DNA of 64,000 nt from Spirochaetia bacterium (lineage in GTDB: Bacteria > Spirochaetota > Spirochaetia > SZUA-6 > Bin103). Location: assembly GCA_965208065.1 (NCBI GenBank), contig OZ242313.1:253207-317206 (forward strand). The letters are read 5' to 3'. A program made the position numbers and the translations under genes. Shown piece by piece: positions 51,163 through 61,210 of the stretch. Position 1 is the stretch's first letter; every line of letters starts with the position of its first letter. The notes under the pieces are model-generated. The model worked only from the letters and a program-made list of their open reading frames with translations, ran no database searches and was not told where the DNA came from.

Positions 51163-52203
51163 TCAGACCACCGCGGACTCGGGGATCGAGAGCTTGCGAC
51201 GGTTAGAGTCGATGCGGAGGCGGACGCCCAGTGGCAGCACCATCATCGGGTCGGTGTGGCCGCAGTCGATGTTGCTGACGATCGGCAGGTCACGCATTCC
51301 GTACTCTTCCCGCACCGTGCGGCACAGCGTGTCCGCGTAAGCCGGGAACTGCGCCGGATCGATCTGCCCACCCGGACGCCCGAGCAGAATGCCGGCGAGC
51401 GGCTGCAGGCAGCCCATGGCCGCCAGTGAACGGATGAACCGCGCCAGCAGCTCCGGCGACGCTGCCTCTTCCGACGTCTCCAGAAACAGAATGGAGCCGT
51501 GTAGCGAGTCCGCCGCGGGGAACACCGGGGTACCCCGCAACCAGTCCAGCACCTCGACGCAGCCGCCGAACAGCCCGCCCTCCACAACGCCCTCCCGCTG
51601 GTGGAAGACCCAGCCGGTGCACGGATTGAGCTTGCGTGCGACCGGCTGCGTCGAGGGATCCGCCCAATCCGTGTGCTCAACCGTCCAGCCGCTGTCATTC
51701 GGCGCCAGTGCGCCGATCGGCTCGCAGTCGAACAGCGTCCGGCGCACGGAGTCCACCATGTAGGGAAACATGCCCCCGTTCTCGCCGAACCCCGCCATGA
51801 ACGAGGGCCCGTAGAAGGACACCAGCCCGGCCGCGCGGCACACGCAGTGCGTTACCGTGGTGTCCGAGTAGCCCAGGAACACCTTGGGATTGCTCCGTAT
51901 CACGTTCGTGTCGAGGTACGGCAGGAGCCGGATCGAATCGTCTCCGCCAATGGTGGAGATGATGCCGTCCACGCGCGGGTCGGCGAACGCCGCCATCAGG
52001 TCATCCGCGCGTGCCCGCGGGTTGCGCGCCAGCCAGTCGGGATCGCGCAAGGCGTGCTCGGTCTCGGTCACGGCGACCCGGAACTCCTCCTCAAACTGCC
52101 GCTTGCCCGCGGCATAGCGATGCGGAAACGCTCCCGGCCCGCCCCAGGACAGAGAGACGGCCGCTACGCAACCACCCCGTATCAGTCGCTTCGGTTTGAT
52201 CAT
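51163..52203 (-). CDS. LD-carboxypeptidase / S66 peptidase (MccF-like)
   Basis: IGGDDS, FLGYSDTT, LFLETSE, GHTDP triad motifs. Confidence 0.9.
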   Translation of the reverse strand: MIKPKRLIRGGCVAAVSLSWGGPGAFPHRYAAGKRQFEEEFRVAVTETEHALRDPDWLARNPRARADDLMAAFADPRVDGIISTIGGDDSIRLLPYLDTNVIRSNPKVFLGYSDTTVTHCVCRAAGLVSFYGPSFMAGFGENGGMFPYMVDSVRRTLFDCEPIGALAPNDSGWTVEHTDWADPSTQPVARKLNPCTGWVFHQREGVVEGGLFGGCVEVLDWLRGTPVFPAADSLHGSILFLETSEEAASPELLARFIRSLAAMGCLQPLAGILLGRPGGQIDPAQFPAYADTLCRTVREEYGMRDLPIVSNIDCGHTDPMMVLPLGVRLRIDSNRRKLSIPESAVV

Positions 52204-52218
52204 GCAGACGGGCGGCTT

Positions 52219-52398
52219 TCAATCCTCGCGCCAGGGCAGCCGCCAGGTGCCCAGCGACGGCGCGAAGCTCACCACCAACAACGTCAGGCCGGCCATGGTC
52301 AGCACCGCCAGGGCCAGCACCGGCGCCAAGCCCCAGGTGAGGTGGGTCTCCACGCCGGCCAGCAGCCCGAAGCCGAACAGGGCGGGGACGATGATCGC
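52219..52398 (-). pseudogene. 3' fragment of a membrane protein gene
   Basis: AIIVPALFGFGLLAGVETHLTWGLAPVLALAVLTMAGLTLLVVSFAPSLGTWRLPWRED*, with no start. Confidence 0.45.
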
Positions 52399-52494
52399 TC
52401 CGGACCCAACGCGATCACCTGGAAACCGAACGACTGGCGAGGTTCATGTTCCCGGACGCTATCACGAGCTCGATACGGCGTCCATAAGGGCCGT

Positions 52495-52635
52495 GAGCGA
52501 CGAGCGCCGCCGGGGGGGACGGTGATTGTCATCGCGCATTGCGTCAGCACGATCGTCGATCTGCCACGCATCTTGGTCCTCGACGGCGGGCCGATCACCG
52601 CGGACGGCCGGCTCGCCCCTCTGCGGCGCACCAGA
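52495..52635 (+). repeat. Diverged copy 3 of the 3' end of ABC gene 47282-49012
   Basis: DER..GTVIVIAHCVSTIVDLPRILVLDGGPITADGRLAPLRRT. Confidence 0.85.
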
Positions 52636-52721
52636 TCTCAAGGAGACGGCCCCGCCAGCGGCAAGTGGTGGCCCAAGTAGCGCCAGGTGAGGTCAGATTC
52701 GAGTTTGTCGTATATTGGCGC

Positions 52722-53547
52722 ATGCGAGGGGCCACTCGGCAGGACGCGGCAGCGCTGCGTTTCGAAGCGGATCTGGACCTGGACGGCCGCTACGCGTGCG
52801 AAACGGTGGAGGCGAGCGCGGACGAGGTGCGCGTCCTGGACGGTGCGGGGCGCGCGCGGGTCACCTTGCCGCGCGGCCGCGTGGCCGGCCTCGATGTGGA
52901 GTCCTACGTGTCGAGCGGCGCGCTGTATGCGCGGGTGGACGGTGCGCCGTGCGAGCTGGTGCGCTTCACCAACGGGCGGATACCGGCGGCCGCCGCGTTC
53001 GTCCGGGCAATGCGCGACGGCGCGGCGACGGCGGAGGCACCCGCGCAACGCGCGGAGCAGGGCACCGGAGATACGGGGCACGCCTTTACGCGGTGGGCGG
53101 TATTCAGGCGTACGATGCGGTTCGCGCCGAGGCAGCCGGCGAAGCTGGCGTTGGTGGTGGCGGCGCTCTTGCTGCACACCGGGGCCAACGTTGCGGCACC
53201 ATATCTCGCCGGGACCGTGTTCTTCGACCGCGTTCTCACGCCAGCCGACACACTGTTCGGCCAGGTGGGACTGCTGGTGGCGATGATCGCCCTGGTGCGG
53301 CTCGCCGAGTTGGTGTTCCGTGTCGTGTGGGGCTGGATCTGGGGCCTGTACCATCATCGCATCGGCCTGAACCTGCGCTCGGCCGTGTTCGCCGGGGTCC
53401 ACCGCCTGTCGCTCGGCTTCTTTTCCAACAACCTCACCGGCTCGCTGCTCACGCGCATGAACAGCGACATGAACGGAGTGGGCTCGCTGCTCGGTACCAT
53501 CGCGCCGAATGGCTTCGTGCAAGCGGTCATGATGGTGGGCAGCATCG
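52722..53547 (+). pseudogene. ABC exporter with N-terminal extension, truncated in the TMD
   Basis: DLDLDGRY..ESYVSSG..LVRFTN extension, TMD motif TGSLLTRMNSD, no NBD; sequence switches to foreign fragments at ~53547. Confidence 0.75.
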
Positions 53548-53698
53548 AGCGGCACGCGCCAAGCGTCCCGTTCGGCGGACGTCAAGGTGCGGTCCTGCAG
53601 CGCCTCCAGCGCCAGCTGCTCGGCGCGGTCCCAGTCGAGTGTGTTCGTGGCGACGTGGAAGTCCAACTCGCGTTGCCAGCGTTCTACTTGGTCATGCT

Positions 53699-53900
53699 TC
53701 ACTCGCATCCCTCCAGCACGGCCTCGAGGGCGTCGACCTCGCGCCGGTCGATCGTCAGGCCGTACTCCTGGCGGACCGCGATCACCGTGCGGGCAAACCG
53801 GCAGCGGTTGAGATCCGGCAGCCAGTCGGCCGCGTCCTTCGCGACCTTCTCGTGGCGGTTCAACGCCGGCGTTGCGAGCGTCAGGTTGTCGAGGTCGCTG
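53699..53900 (-). pseudogene. C-terminal fragment of a DUF1524/GmrSD-like HNH nuclease
   Basis: DLDNLTLA.PALNRHEK.AKDAADWLP..NRC.F...V..VR..YGLTID..E..AL..VL.GC. Confidence 0.65.
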
Positions 53901-53996
53901 ACGCAACGCTTCCGCACCGCCAGGCTAGCCCGCGCAGAGTCCGCTGTCGTGCGCTTCCGACCGCGCGACTATGTGTTCGATGTCCGATTCCTTGAG

Positions 53997-54024
53997 GCTC
54001 AGTTGCTCAGTTGCTCAGTTGCTC
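53997..54024 (+). repeat. 8-bp tandem repeat, 3.5 copies
   Basis: (GCTCAGTT)3 GCTC. Confidence 0.7.
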
Positions 54025-54128
54025 GACAATCAGGAGCTCGAGATCCTGCGCGTAGTCGAAGTGACAAGTAATCGCTACTCAACGTCCGAATCGTCGCTCC
54101 TCCGGTACCAGGTGGCCTAGCCGTGAGA

Positions 54129-54866
54129 CTATCGGAGCGAAATAACCTCGCCGTGCCAACATCCGGTGCATCGGCGCGCCACCAACAGGGACTCCCCGTT
54201 GGAATCCACTTGAGCAATGAGATCCCCTTGTTCGTCCCAAATCGCACTCCTTCCGGCAGATTCCCGCCCGCCGCTTTGCCCAGCATAGTTCGACGTCAAG
54301 ACAGCCATTCGATGAGAGGTCGCGTATCGCTTCATCCTGTATGCATGATTCGCCATCTCATCTTCTGTTTTCATTATGGACGCAACGTATAGCTGAGCGC
54401 CGCGCGTGGCCACGGCGGCGACGTGAGAGGGGTAGCTCGTATCTGCGCATATCGCTAGGCCCACACCAACTCTGCGAACTGAAACTACACAACTGTTTTC
54501 GCCAGAGATGAAATACGGAGATTCGCTCGCAGGGATATGTACTTTCGCGTAACAGACAGTTCGTTGGGGTGAAACTATCAGTGAGCCGAGATACGGCCTC
54601 TCTTCCTCCGATGTTAGAGGTCCACCGACAACTACATGCATTTGATGTTTTTTTGCCGCTCTTCGTATCGGCTCTAGACGAGTGTCGTCTCTCTTCAACT
54701 GTATCGAGGCAGCAAGATCCAACTCGTATCCGATAAGAGACAATTCAGGGAACACGAGCAGACTGCAACCAGCAGAAGCGGCTCTTTTGATGAACCGCAA
54801 ATGAGCAATGGTGTTTTCCTGCAAGTCGCCCCTCACAGCCGATGATTGTGCGGCGCCGATGATCAT
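54129..54866 (-). CDS. Carbon-nitrogen hydrolase family protein (lower GC, likely foreign)
   Basis: VFPELSL.GY, YAKVH, LAICAD (E-K-C triad), G.SAIW. Confidence 0.87.
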   Translation of the reverse strand: MIIGAAQSSAVRGDLQENTIAHLRFIKRAASAGCSLLVFPELSLIGYELDLAASIQLKRDDTRLEPIRRAAKKHQMHVVVGGPLTSEEERPYLGSLIVSPQRTVCYAKVHIPASESPYFISGENSCVVSVRRVGVGLAICADTSYPSHVAAVATRGAQLYVASIMKTEDEMANHAYRMKRYATSHRMAVLTSNYAGQSGGRESAGRSAIWDEQGDLIAQVDSNGESLLVARRCTGCWHGEVISLR

Positions 54867-55810
54867 GTTGTTCTGTTGTTCTCTATGGATCCCACGAAGG
54901 TAGTAACATTCCGCGTCAATCTCATGGTGGACGACGGACTTAGAAACTGTCAAGCCGACCTCTATCCGCCCCAACCCACCTTTCACGAGCCGGGCCGCCG
55001 CCCGGGCGTAATCAACCGTCGGCGCCTCCTCCGCGGTCGCACCGCCTCCGGGTGGACGCAGCCGCTTCGCGGGCGCTGCTGGGAGATCCTGGACTGCTGG
55101 TGCTGGATGAGCCGGGGAATCACCTGGACTACGCCGGTCTGGAGTGGCTGGAGGAGATGCTCGCCGGCTTGCCGGGCGGCGTACTGCTGGTCTCCCACAA
55201 CCGGCGCCTGCTAGACCGGACGGTTACCAGCATCCTGGAACTGACCGGAGGCCGTATCCGTGAATACCGCGGCAACTACACCGACTACCGGCTCGCCCGA
55301 CTGCAGTCACTGGTCGCCCGCCTGGCGGCGGTCGCTGCCGTGCGTTCCGATAAGGCGCACGGCAAGCGGCTGCGGGCGCGGCGCACGCAGCTCGCCCGCG
55401 AAGAGAGGCAGGCCGTGGCACGGCCCGATCTCCGGGAGGAGCGGGTGTCGGTGGTGTTGCCGCCGGCTCGCAGCGAGGCGAACGTGGCGTTGCAGGTGAT
55501 TGGCTATGAGCGGGGTTTCGGTGGACGGGTCCTGTTCCGGGACGCGCGCCTGGAGATCTCCTGCGGGGAGCGGGTCGCGCTGGTGGGGCCCAACGGCTGC
55601 GGCAAGAGCACGCTGCTGCGCGACATCGTGACCCACGGCGCGTGGGAGCACCCGGTGCTGCGCGTGGGGCCGAGCCTGACCGTCGGCTACTGCGCTCAGA
55701 ACCAGGACGCGTTCGCCGCGGATCAGACTATCCTGGATGCGTTCGTCGACTTGGGGCTGGGCAACCGACGGGAGGTCCTGGGTGCCCTGCGGTGGTACCT
55801 GTTCACGTGG

Positions 55811-57208
55811 GGGATATGATCAGAAGTTGTGGATGAGATAAAATGAGCGTACCCCCTGAAATACAGATTCGACCCCCGAATCAAGAGGAGTACGCTCGTG
55901 GAGAATATTACGCTCAGGGACATCGAGGCACAAGGGCCTGGATCGGTACTGGAAGAACTAGCACGCCGGGGAGCGCAGCAGATGCTGGCCCAGGCGATGG
56001 AAGCTGAGGTGGCGTTGTTCATCGAGAAGCACGCCGACAAGGTGGACGGAAACGGCCACCGGACGGTGGTGCGGAACGGGCACATGCGAAAGCGGGAGTT
56101 GGTGACCGGGATAGGCCGGGTGCCGATCAAGCAACCGCGGGTGGATGATCGCCAACTCGCCAAGCAAGGGGAAGAGAGGTTCAGCAGCGCGATCCTGCCG
56201 CGCTACCTGAAGCGAGTGGCGAGCGTGGACAGCCTGATTCCGGCGCTGTACCTGAAGGGAGTGTCGACGGGGGACTTCTCGGAGGCGCTGAAGGCGATCC
56301 TGGGGGAAGGAGCGCCTGGGCTGAGTGCGAACAGTGTGGTGCGGCTGAAGGCGGTGTGGGAGCAGGAGTATAGGCAGTGGACGCGGCGCGACCTGAGCGG
56401 CAAGCGGTACGTGTATATGTGGGCCGACGGGCTGCATGTGAACGTGCGGCTGGATGAGGAGCGCAGTTGCATCCTGGTGATCATGGGGGCGGACGAGTAC
56501 GGCAACAAGGAACTGGTGGCGGTCAGCGACGGCTATCGGGAGAGCGCGGCGTCGTGGCGAGAGATACTGCTGGGTGTGCGGCGGCGCGGGCTGGTGATCG
56601 GGCCGCGGCTGGCAACGGCCGACGGCGCGCTGGGGTTCTGGAAGGCGTTGCGGGAAGTGTATCCGGGTACGGGCGAGCAGACCTGTTGGTTCCACAAGGC
56701 AGGCAACGTATTGGACAAGATGCCGAAGTCGGTGCAGAGCAAAGGCAAGGCGATGGTCCGCGAGATGTGGCAGGCGCCGTCGCTGGAGAAGGCCAAGGCA
56801 GCCTACGACCAGTTCTGCGAGGCATGGGCGGACAAGTATCCGAAGGCGGTCGAATGCCTGCGCAGGGATGAGCAGTCGTTGTTCAGCTTCTACGCGTTTC
56901 CGGCGGCCCACTGGGTGCATCTGAGGACCAGCAACCCGATCGAGTCGACGTACGCGACGGTGCGCTTGCGGACCAGGCGGACGAAGGGCTGCGGATCGCG
57001 GACGGCGACCCTGACGATGGTGTGGAAGCTGGCGTTGGAGGCGGAGAAGACCTGGCGCCGACTGATGGGCTTCAAACTGATCCCGCTGGTGATGGAGGGG
57101 CGGGAATTCGTCGACGGAGAGCTGACGGAGGCAGCTGCTTAGGCAACCGGATCAGGGGATGACGGCGCTCGCGATTCGACCCTCATCCACAACACTTGAC
57201 AATATCCC
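55811..57208 (+). mobile_element. IS256-family insertion sequence with 9-bp target duplication
   Basis: IRL GGGATATGATCAGAAGTTGTGGATGAG, IRR (rc) GGGATATTGTCAAGTGTTGTGGATGAG; TSD TTCACGTGG at 55802-55810 and 57209-57217. Confidence 0.93.
55898..57142 (+). CDS. IS256 family transposase
   Basis: RNGH, LYLKGVST, YMWADG, ADGALGFW, Q.CWFHK, RTSNPIES. Confidence 0.95.
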   Translation: MENITLRDIEAQGPGSVLEELARRGAQQMLAQAMEAEVALFIEKHADKVDGNGHRTVVRNGHMRKRELVTGIGRVPIKQPRVDDRQLAKQGEERFSSAILPRYLKRVASVDSLIPALYLKGVSTGDFSEALKAILGEGAPGLSANSVVRLKAVWEQEYRQWTRRDLSGKRYVYMWADGLHVNVRLDEERSCILVIMGADEYGNKELVAVSDGYRESAASWREILLGVRRRGLVIGPRLATADGALGFWKALREVYPGTGEQTCWFHKAGNVLDKMPKSVQSKGKAMVREMWQAPSLEKAKAAYDQFCEAWADKYPKAVECLRRDEQSLFSFYAFPAAHWVHLRTSNPIESTYATVRLRTRRTKGCGSRTATLTMVWKLALEAEKTWRRLMGFKLIPLVMEGREFVDGELTEAAA

Positions 57209-57316
57209 TTCACGTGGGACGACCTGGACAAGCAGATCGGCGTGCTGTCGGGCGGCGAACGCAACCGCCTGCAGATTGCAGCGGCGGTGCAGCGCCGGGC
57301 CAACTTCCTGATCCTC

Positions 57317-57535
57317 GGGCGCGCGCTTGTTGCGATCCTCACAAACCGTTTTGGGTACCACGCTGTCCATTAGCGCGGCAGTCACATCGTGCTGGAGACC
57401 TTGGAGCCTTCAAGACACCGGGTCGTGGTCCCTGACCATCCCGCAATTCGCATCGGAACCCTCAACTCGATGCTGCGAGCAGTAGCAGCCCACAAAGGGA
57501 TCGACCGCGGAGAAATCCTCGGACAGGGGCGGTGA
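57317..57535 (+). pseudogene. HicA-family toxin remnant with an internal stop
   Basis: GRALVAILTNRFGYHAVH*RGSHIVLET...VVVPDHPAIRIGTLNSMLRAVA; TAG at 57371. Confidence 0.75.
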
Positions 57536-57834
57536 GTCTGAGACGCTGCGCATGATGAGCGCGTGAACGTGCGACTCGACCCGGTTCGTGGAGTACGTTC
57601 GCACCATTTCCTCCGCGCTCCACGTCGCCTTGTCCAGCACCCACACGGAGCTGCCTCGGTCGCGCCAGGTCGGCTTGTGCTTGTCGCTATCCGCGCCGGG
57701 CCACTTGCAAGCTGTCGGCGAGCGCAGTCGAGTGGCGCGCCGGCAGCGCGGAGGAGGCGCAAAATGGGGGGCTGCGGCGGAGCGGCCGGTCCGTAGCCGT
57801 GGCGCATTCTGTGATGAGCAAAGCAGCGGAGCCA

Positions 57835-57854
57835 TAATGCGGTGCACCGCATTA
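57835..57854. repeat. Perfect 20-bp palindrome built from the RIT terminal core
   Basis: TAATGCGGTGCACCGCATTA, 6 bp outside the RIT end. Confidence 0.9.
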
Positions 57855-57941
57855 GCCTTATAATGCGGAGTCCGGGGTAATGCGGAGTGACATGACTGAA
57901 ATCCTTGCGGGAAGGGCTGTTGAGGCGTGGATCGCTGCGCA

Positions 57942-58934
57942 TTATCCCGGGGCCAGAAGCGAGGAGATCAGTTCGTCGGGAGCCTTGAATCGCCCGCGGC
58001 GGAGTTGCGGCGGGAGCACGGCTTCGACGGCCTCCAGCTTGTCAGTGGGATCGACGCGCAGGTAGACCTCGGTGGTGCGCACGTCGGCGTGCCCCAGCCA
58101 CAGCGCCACCTTGCGGATGTCTCCGGTAGCCTGCAGCATGGTGAGGGCGCAGCTGTGGCGGAGTTGGTGAGGTGAGATCGAACGTCCCGCCAGCGAAGGA
58201 CAGGCGGTCGCGGCGGTCCGCACATGCTTGTCCAGGATGTACTCGAATCCGGCGCGGCTCATCGGCCTGTCGGTGGCGTTCAGGAACACCTCCCGCGCCG
58301 GGTTCTCGCCGCGGACAGCGAGCCAAGCCCGGAGGTCAGCGACGGTTTGTTTCCACAGCGGGAGACAGCGTTCACGGCGGCCCTTGCCATGGACGCGGAG
58401 ACTCGCGGTTCCGCGCAGCGACAGATCTGGCAGCTGCGCCGTCACCAGTTCGGACACGCGCAGAGCAGCAGCGAAGCAGAGATGGAGCATGGCGCGGTCG
58501 CGGACGCCGAACCGAGTGGTGATATCCGGAGCGTCCAGAATCGCGTTGACCTCGTCCATAGTCAGGTGGCGGACGAGCGGATGATCATGGCGCTTGGAGG
58601 GGATGGCGCGGATCTGTCTGGCTTGTTCCAACGCAGCCGGATGACGGAATTCGACGTAGCGCATGAAGGCTTTCACGGCCGCCAGTCGGACGTTGCGGCT
58701 GGCCGGGCTGCCGCCACGATCGACCTCGAAGTGGGTAAGGAACGCGACGATGAGCGGGGCATCGAGATGTTCAAGATGAAGCGCCGACGGTGTGATGCCG
58801 AGGCGTCCGGCGGCGAAAGTGAACAACAAACGGAAGGCATAGGCGTAGCTCTCGCAGGTATGCGGGCTGAAGCCGCGCTCCACGGGAAGGTAGTCACGCA
58901 GGAAGTGGGTAATCAGTGGTGCGATGGGAGTCAT
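57942..58934 (-). CDS. Tyrosine recombinase (RitC)
   Basis: LRVSE, GKG, PHQLRHS, LGH, TEVY. Confidence 0.92.
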   Translation of the reverse strand: MTPIAPLITHFLRDYLPVERGFSPHTCESYAYAFRLLFTFAAGRLGITPSALHLEHLDAPLIVAFLTHFEVDRGGSPASRNVRLAAVKAFMRYVEFRHPAALEQARQIRAIPSKRHDHPLVRHLTMDEVNAILDAPDITTRFGVRDRAMLHLCFAAALRVSELVTAQLPDLSLRGTASLRVHGKGRRERCLPLWKQTVADLRAWLAVRGENPAREVFLNATDRPMSRAGFEYILDKHVRTAATACPSLAGRSISPHQLRHSCALTMLQATGDIRKVALWLGHADVRTTEVYLRVDPTDKLEAVEAVLPPQLRRGRFKAPDELISSLLAPG

Positions 58935-59842
58935 GCCAACCTCCCGGAAACGAAGTTCTCGCCGGTCGTGGCGATGTCGGCCATCAATTCGGGAGTCGCC
59001 TCCAGATACCAGTAGGTGTGGACGACGTTGGTGTGCCCGAGATAGGTGGAGAGCGCGACCAGGTGACGCGCCACTGATTCGCGCCGCACCGCACAGCGTT
59101 GCAGGGATCTGGTGGCAAAAGTGTGGCGCAGATCCACCATCCGCGGACGGCGCTGGCGGCCAACAGCGATGCCGGCAAGCCTGACCACCCGCTGGAAGGT
59201 GCCACTGGCCGTAGGTGTCGGGATGCGCCGGTGGTGAGCCGACACGAACAGGTGGTCGTCGGCGATGGCGACGCTCTGCCGCTCGTGCAGGTACTCAGTC
59301 AACGCTTCGACCGTCGTCGGATGCAACGGCACCAGGCGGCTCTTGGCGAACTTGGTTCGGCGGATGCACAGGACAGAGTTGGGAAGCAGGTCGTCGAAAC
59401 GCAGGTCGAGCGCCTCCGAGACGCGCAGGCCGGTGGCGGCGATGAGTCCGATCAGGGTCGCATAGACGGACCGACGCAGCGCGTAGGAGCACGGCAGACG
59501 GCGCGCCGCCGCCAGTAGTTGCCCGATCTCGGTCGGCGTATAGATGTAGGGCGGCTGGCGGACCACGCGGACATGGAAGTGGCGAGCTGGGGGGATCTCG
59601 TGGGTGGCGTCCTCGGCGAACAGGAAGCGGGCCAGCACGACGACATCGTGAAGTCGAACCGCGCGCGCGTGCGGTGTAGACGCCTGCGCCGCCCACTGCA
59701 CGGCGGTGGCGGCGCGGATGTGGGTGTCGCCCTTGTCGCCGGCGAAGGCTGCGAATGCTTGCAGATTGCGGCCGGTGTCGTGGAGCTTGTAGCCGAGGGT
59801 TCGCCGCAGTGCGAGATAGCGGTCTACGTGGTCACTCAGCAT
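58931..59842 (-). CDS. Tyrosine recombinase (RitB)
   Basis: TGLRVSEA, TKF.KSR, DLRHTFA, YLGH..TYWYL. Confidence 0.9.
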   Translation of the reverse strand: MLSDHVDRYLALRRTLGYKLHDTGRNLQAFAAFAGDKGDTHIRAATAVQWAAQASTPHARAVRLHDVVVLARFLFAEDATHEIPPARHFHVRVVRQPPYIYTPTEIGQLLAAARRLPCSYALRRSVYATLIGLIAATGLRVSEALDLRFDDLLPNSVLCIRRTKFAKSRLVPLHPTTVEALTEYLHERQSVAIADDHLFVSAHHRRIPTPTASGTFQRVVRLAGIAVGRQRRPRMVDLRHTFATRSLQRCAVRRESVARHLVALSTYLGHTNVVHTYWYLEATPELMADIATTGENFVSGRLA

Positions 59843-61077
59843 GTCGTCGTCTGGGGCCACGGCTGGACGATCTCGCCCAGCAGGTCGAAATCTATCTTGG
59901 CGTAGTGCGCGGTGGCTCGCGGATCGCGGTGTCTCAGAACACTGGCGATGCCGGCCAGGGACACCCCGTTGCGCAACATGGCGGTCGCCGCCGAGTGGCG
60001 CAGGAGGTGTGCACCGTGCTGAGGCGCCTTGACCCCTGCTCGACGAAGCGTCCTGTCCACGACACCGGATACGGCGAGCCGAGTCATCGGGCGCCGCGGC
60101 GCCAGCGCAGAGATGAACACCTGTGGCACCGGCAACGGCGGTCTTCCACGGCGCAGATAGGTGACGATGGCGTCGCCAACCTGCTGCGGAAGCGGCAGCC
60201 AGTGTTGGTACCCACCCTTGCCGCACACAGCGATGCGCCCGTTCTGCCAGTCGATGGCATCGAAACTCAGTTCGGCGACCTCGCTGGCGCGCAGGCCCAA
60301 CCGAGCGAGCAGGAGGACTACCGCCCGATCCCTGGCTCCCACGGCATCCTGATCGCTGACGGCGTCGATTACCTTCTCCAGATCGTCAGGCTCGAGGAAC
60401 CGAGGCGTGGAGGCGAGTTGGTAGGACGCGATCCGCGGCACCGCATGGATCAGCCCCTCCGAGCATTGCCCGGTGGCGGCGAGGAACCGCAGGAAGGCGC
60501 GCATCGCCGTTGCGATCCCTTGCGCCGTGGCTACCTTGTGGCCAGCACACCGTCGTAGCATGAAGTCTCGCACCGACGTGGCGCTATAGCTCGACGGATC
60601 AACTCCACAACTAACGATGAAATCGACCACGTAGCGCTGGTAGCCTTCCATCGTGACAGCCGCCACGCCCTGTCGTTCAATCATCCAATCCCGAAATCGC
60701 TGCAACAGTGGCCAGCGCTCGTGCGGCGCCATCGGTTGCTCAGCAGCCGCCAGTACGCCCCGCTCCCGCAGGAACCGGATCAGCGCCTGAGCGGCCGCCA
60801 TCGAGTTTACGTTGGGACCCCGCTGATAGCGAACTCGACCGTGCTCGGACAGCTCCGTACGGCACGCCTCGTATCCCGCCACCAAGTCGACGGCAGTGAA
60901 CGACTTCTCGGTGAGCCAGTCCGTCCATGCCGCCATACTGCGCAGCGTGAGACTGCGCGAGTTCGGCGGAGAGCCGCGGTCCTGCAGCCAATCTGCAAAG
61001 TCGTCGATGTGGCCGCCCGCGGGTCCAGAACGGAGTCGGCGACAAGTGGTCGCCGATTTCAGATGGTCTTCAAGCAT
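59836..61077 (-). CDS. Tyrosine recombinase (RitA)
   Basis: LGLRASEV, GKG, HLLRHS, LRH, HYAK. Confidence 0.9.
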   Translation of the reverse strand: MLEDHLKSATTCRRLRSGPAGGHIDDFADWLQDRGSPPNSRSLTLRSMAAWTDWLTEKSFTAVDLVAGYEACRTELSEHGRVRYQRGPNVNSMAAAQALIRFLRERGVLAAAEQPMAPHERWPLLQRFRDWMIERQGVAAVTMEGYQRYVVDFIVSCGVDPSSYSATSVRDFMLRRCAGHKVATAQGIATAMRAFLRFLAATGQCSEGLIHAVPRIASYQLASTPRFLEPDDLEKVIDAVSDQDAVGARDRAVVLLLARLGLRASEVAELSFDAIDWQNGRIAVCGKGGYQHWLPLPQQVGDAIVTYLRRGRPPLPVPQVFISALAPRRPMTRLAVSGVVDRTLRRAGVKAPQHGAHLLRHSAATAMLRNGVSLAGIASVLRHRDPRATAHYAKIDFDLLGEIVQPWPQTTTC

Positions 61078-61210
61078 GGATGCCTCCTTGCTTGAAGGAG
61101 CGCGATAATGCGAAGTATCGGCTACTCCAACTACCCCCTACACCTGCTTGAATCCCTCTTTATCATCCACGCCGCGCCATCTACTCCGCATTATCCCGGA
61201 CTCCGCATTA

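Larger units (their letters stand above)
55052..57316 (+). pseudogene. ABC-F ATPase remnant, truncated at both ends and interrupted by IS256
   Basis: LDEPGNHLD..VSH.R, GPNGCGKST; removing the IS restores YLFTW-DDLDKQIGVLSGGERNRL..NFLIL. Confidence 0.82.
57861..61210 (-). mobile_element. RIT element (Recombinase In Trio)
   Basis: Three overlapping tyrosine recombinase genes; ~28-bp terminal IRs TAATGCGGAGTCCGGG(G/A)TAATGCGGAGT; subterminal cores at ~57938-57950 and ~61104-61112. Confidence 0.92.

Noticed and set aside
48836-52635. ABC 3'-end copies as a DGR template/variable repeat pair
   Set aside because: There is no reverse transcriptase in the window, and the differences are not adenine-specific and include indels.
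52539-54071. 510-aa intact ABC transporter
   Set aside because: It has no NBD, and the C-terminal part is antisense to unrelated fragments.
57540-57720. Minus-strand coding-like fragment (WVLDKATWSAEEMVRTYST...)
   Set aside because: No start and no recognisable family; it cannot be supported.
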